From: an uncultured Verrucomicrobiae bacterium
Lineage (GTDB): Bacteria > Verrucomicrobiota > Verrucomicrobiia > Limisphaerales > Palsa-1400
Direction of reading: 5' to 3'
DNA: 64,000 nucleotides
Assembly (NCBI GenBank): GCA_963702845.1
Contig: OY969763.1
Location: forward strand, 3,648,001-3,712,000
The translations under genes were made by a program, and so were the position numbers. Each line of letters opens with the position of its first letter. The first letter of the stretch is position 1. Under the pieces are notes generated by a model. That model was not told the origin of the DNA. It did not search any database and saw only the letters and a program-made list of their open reading frames with translations. This document shows positions 61,655 to 64,000 of the stretch, piece after piece.

Positions 61655-62028
61655 GCGACGGCCACTTTCAATTGCCGACGATTCCACCACGCCCACGCCA
61701 CAATCGCGCCGACGGTGTAAACAACCACGTCCCAAATATCTCCAGTCGTGCGCATGATGTGTGGCCCAATCCATTCGAAGAGCACGGACCAGATCACGAG
61801 ATGAAACAGAATCTCAGTCACATCGGGCATGGCATCGGTTTTCCTCAATCCGACCTTGCGTTGCATCCATAAGATGATTGGCAGCGCACATGGGATGAGG
61901 AGCATGTCATTGAAATAGCCGTGCAGGAAAACCGAAGCGACGTGCGGTTTAATAAGCCATCGATTCACCACATACAAAGCACAGCAAGCGACGCAGAGCG
62001 GATCGAGCGCGTAGCGAAACGGCTTCAT
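61651..62028 (-). CDS. Hypothetical membrane protein
   Basis: Four hydrophobic segments; FND, FEW..P, D.WD motifs. Confidence 0.75.
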   Translation of the reverse strand: MKPFRYALDPLCVACCALYVVNRWLIKPHVASVFLHGYFNDMLLIPCALPIILWMQRKVGLRKTDAMPDVTEILFHLVIWSVLFEWIGPHIMRTTGDIWDVVVYTVGAIVAWAWWNRRQLKVAVA

Positions 62029-62160
62029 AGCAGCGCCAGAATCATTAAACCGAAACCGAGCGCGAGACCAAATTTGAGCAGAACAATCATAACGGCAATT
62101 TGAACGTTAACGGCAACACGTCAACGACAGACGAAACGTAGCCGCAGTTCATTCGAAAGC

Positions 62161-63618
62161 TTACGCGCCGCTAAGGTCGATCATCACCGGCTTTTTGCGG
62201 AACCAATTTGTTTTATAACCGGCATAGACGATGCCAAGCGCGCACCAAATTCCGCCGTACGTTTTGGCCTCCGTCGGCAGAAAGACCCAAATCACCGCGC
62301 AAAAAATGAAGCCAAGCACGGGCGAAATCAAATCCCATAGCCAATTGCGTTTGTGGCCAGCGGGAGTGCGGACAACGAATTCGCCGATGACTGACGCGTT
62401 CACCCCCATAAACGCGAGGAACGCCCCGAAGTTGAGAATGGGCACCGCTTGCTCGTAGCTGAGGATAATTGCAATTGAGAGCGCAAGGAATCCAATCAGC
62501 AAAATGTTGAACGTTGGTGAGTTGTGTTTTGGATCGAGCCGACCGAAAAATTTCTTCGGCAGCGCATTGTCACGGCCCATTCCGTAAAGAACGCGCGCGG
62601 CACCGAATTGACCGGTCAACGCGCTCCCGAGTGATGCGACGACCATGATCGCGGCAAAAGTGTCATTGAGAAACACTCCGCCGACTTTTCCGCACACGTC
62701 GAAAAATGCGGTGTCGACGCTCGAGTAGGTGTTGTAATCTGGCCAAACGAGTTGGGCCAGATACACCTGTGCACCGCAAATAATTCCAGTAAGCAAACAC
62801 ACAAGGACGGTCGCGCGCGCAACGGTCTTCTTCGGCTCTTTGACCTCTTCGGACAAGGTCGTGATGCCATCAAAGCCGATGTAGGTCAGGGCAGAGATAG
62901 ACGTCGCGGTCCAAACTGCACCAAGTTGGAAGGTCTTGGAGTTGTAGAACGGTTGAGTTGAAATAAGGCTGTGAAAACCACCGTGACCCGTCAGGAATCG
63001 AATCGCGTCGACGAGGAAAATGACAATCGCCACACTCATGATCGCGAGCAGAATTTCATTCGTACGCGCTGCCCATCGCACACCGCGCACGTTTAAAAAT
63101 GTGGTGAGAGCCGTCAATATGACGACAATCGCAATATAAGTCGGCTGGAGATGTCCGGGCAGTTGCGCCGTGATGTGAAGTGCTTGCAGCACTTGCGTGT
63201 CGATGGATTTCATCGTTTGCGGAAACAATTGCACAACACTGATTGCACCGTAGGCGATGCTGATGACAGGGATGATCAAGTAATCGAGAAACATCGCCCA
63301 ACCGACGATGAAGCCGAGATGAGGATTTAGCGCGCGACCGACATAAGTGTAAGCAGAACCGGCGACCGGATAGTGCGTGGCCATGCGCCCGTAGCTGACT
63401 GCGGTAAACATCATCGCGATCATCGCGATCAGTATCGTTGTCGTGACGTGACCAAACGATTTTTGATTGGCGATTCCGAAAATACCGACAGCGGCGACTG
63501 GTTGAATCAGGACGATGCCATAGAAAACAAGGTCCCACAGTCCAAGCACTCGGCGAAGGTGTGGTTGAGAATCGACGGTCGTTGAGGTGGGCGTGGATGT
63601 TTGCGGTTCGGAAGGCAT
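62161..63618 (-). CDS. APC-family amino acid/polyamine permease
   Basis: LRRVLGLWDL, AGSAYTY, GWAMFLDY, YIGFDGITTLSEE, RVLYGMGRD. Confidence 0.92.
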   Translation of the reverse strand: MPSEPQTSTPTSTTVDSQPHLRRVLGLWDLVFYGIVLIQPVAAVGIFGIANQKSFGHVTTTILIAMIAMMFTAVSYGRMATHYPVAGSAYTYVGRALNPHLGFIVGWAMFLDYLIIPVISIAYGAISVVQLFPQTMKSIDTQVLQALHITAQLPGHLQPTYIAIVVILTALTTFLNVRGVRWAARTNEILLAIMSVAIVIFLVDAIRFLTGHGGFHSLISTQPFYNSKTFQLGAVWTATSISALTYIGFDGITTLSEEVKEPKKTVARATVLVCLLTGIICGAQVYLAQLVWPDYNTYSSVDTAFFDVCGKVGGVFLNDTFAAIMVVASLGSALTGQFGAARVLYGMGRDNALPKKFFGRLDPKHNSPTFNILLIGFLALSIAIILSYEQAVPILNFGAFLAFMGVNASVIGEFVVRTPAGHKRNWLWDLISPVLGFIFCAVIWVFLPTEAKTYGGIWCALGIVYAGYKTNWFRKKPVMIDLSGA

Positions 63619-63698
63619 GTTGAGGGGAGAGTATGCCGTGGCCCAAAACATTTTCAAAGATTGAAATCGTTCGCACCGCCCCGCTACGATGCGGTGCA

Positions 63699-64000
63699 AT
63701 GAAAATTTCGCGCCGTCACATTCGTTTAACCTATCCTGCCAGCGGGCATTCCGTTCTTGTTGAGATGCTCGATGATGAAGCGCCCAATGTTTGCAAAGCT
63801 GTTTGGGACATGCTACCGATTGAGACGAAAGTCATTCACGGCATGTATTCAGGCGCGGAAGTGTTCGCGATGGTTGAAAATCCGCAACCGTTAACGGGCC
63901 AAAATCTCGTGCAGATTCCCCTGCCCGGCGAACTACTTTATTACTACGAAGCCAATCTCGGCGCTGCCGGCGGCAAAAAACCTGTTGGCGAAATCGTGGT
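63699..64000 (+). CDS. DUF3830-like (cyclophilin-fold) protein, 3'-truncated
   Basis: Own translation: MKISRRHIRLTYP...DDEAPNVCKAVWDMLP...HGMYSGAEVF...PLPGELLYY; open to the window end. Confidence 0.7.
   Translation, partial: MKISRRHIRLTYPASGHSVLVEMLDDEAPNVCKAVWDMLPIETKVIHGMYSGAEVFAMVENPQPLTGQNLVQIPLPGELLYYYEANLGAAGGKKPVGEIV

Noticed and set aside
1..64000. tRNA, rRNA, riboswitch, integron integrase or complete prophage
   Set aside because: None recognisable by eye; covariance-model searches were not possible, so small RNAs could be missed.

Overview
A 64 kb bacterial chromosomal segment, most likely Verrucomicrobiota of the Pedosphaera/Limisphaerales type. This is inferred from the DUF1549/DUF1553 + DUF1501 pair, three sulfatases, two FTLIELL prepilin-like genes and GYF_2 membrane proteins. 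Most of it is housekeeping or accessory metabolism: PilT, a GH5, a two-module NRPS, a kinase-MurQ fusion, pdp, glgP, OPT/APC transporters, larE, EPS genes, a class D beta-lactamase, an ECF sigma factor, an M16 peptidase pair and coaX. Several genes carry single-base frameshifts that look like long-read errors. The most interesting part is 14.7-20.3 kb. It holds a REP-flanked RAYT locus with a diverged partial tandem copy, and a two-cassette attC array with no integrase in the window. The second attC is split by an intact IS110/IS1111-family element whose 3' non-coding region carries segments matching both arms of the attC target and its own donor junction, i.e. a candidate bridge/seek RNA. The array ends at the stop codon of a terminase-like remnant, followed by a run of different 10-bp-phased repeat modules. 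The same REP also sits in-frame inside a protein gene, and a degenerate attC half lies behind the class D beta-lactamase. All calls come from reading sequence and motifs by eye; no searches were run.
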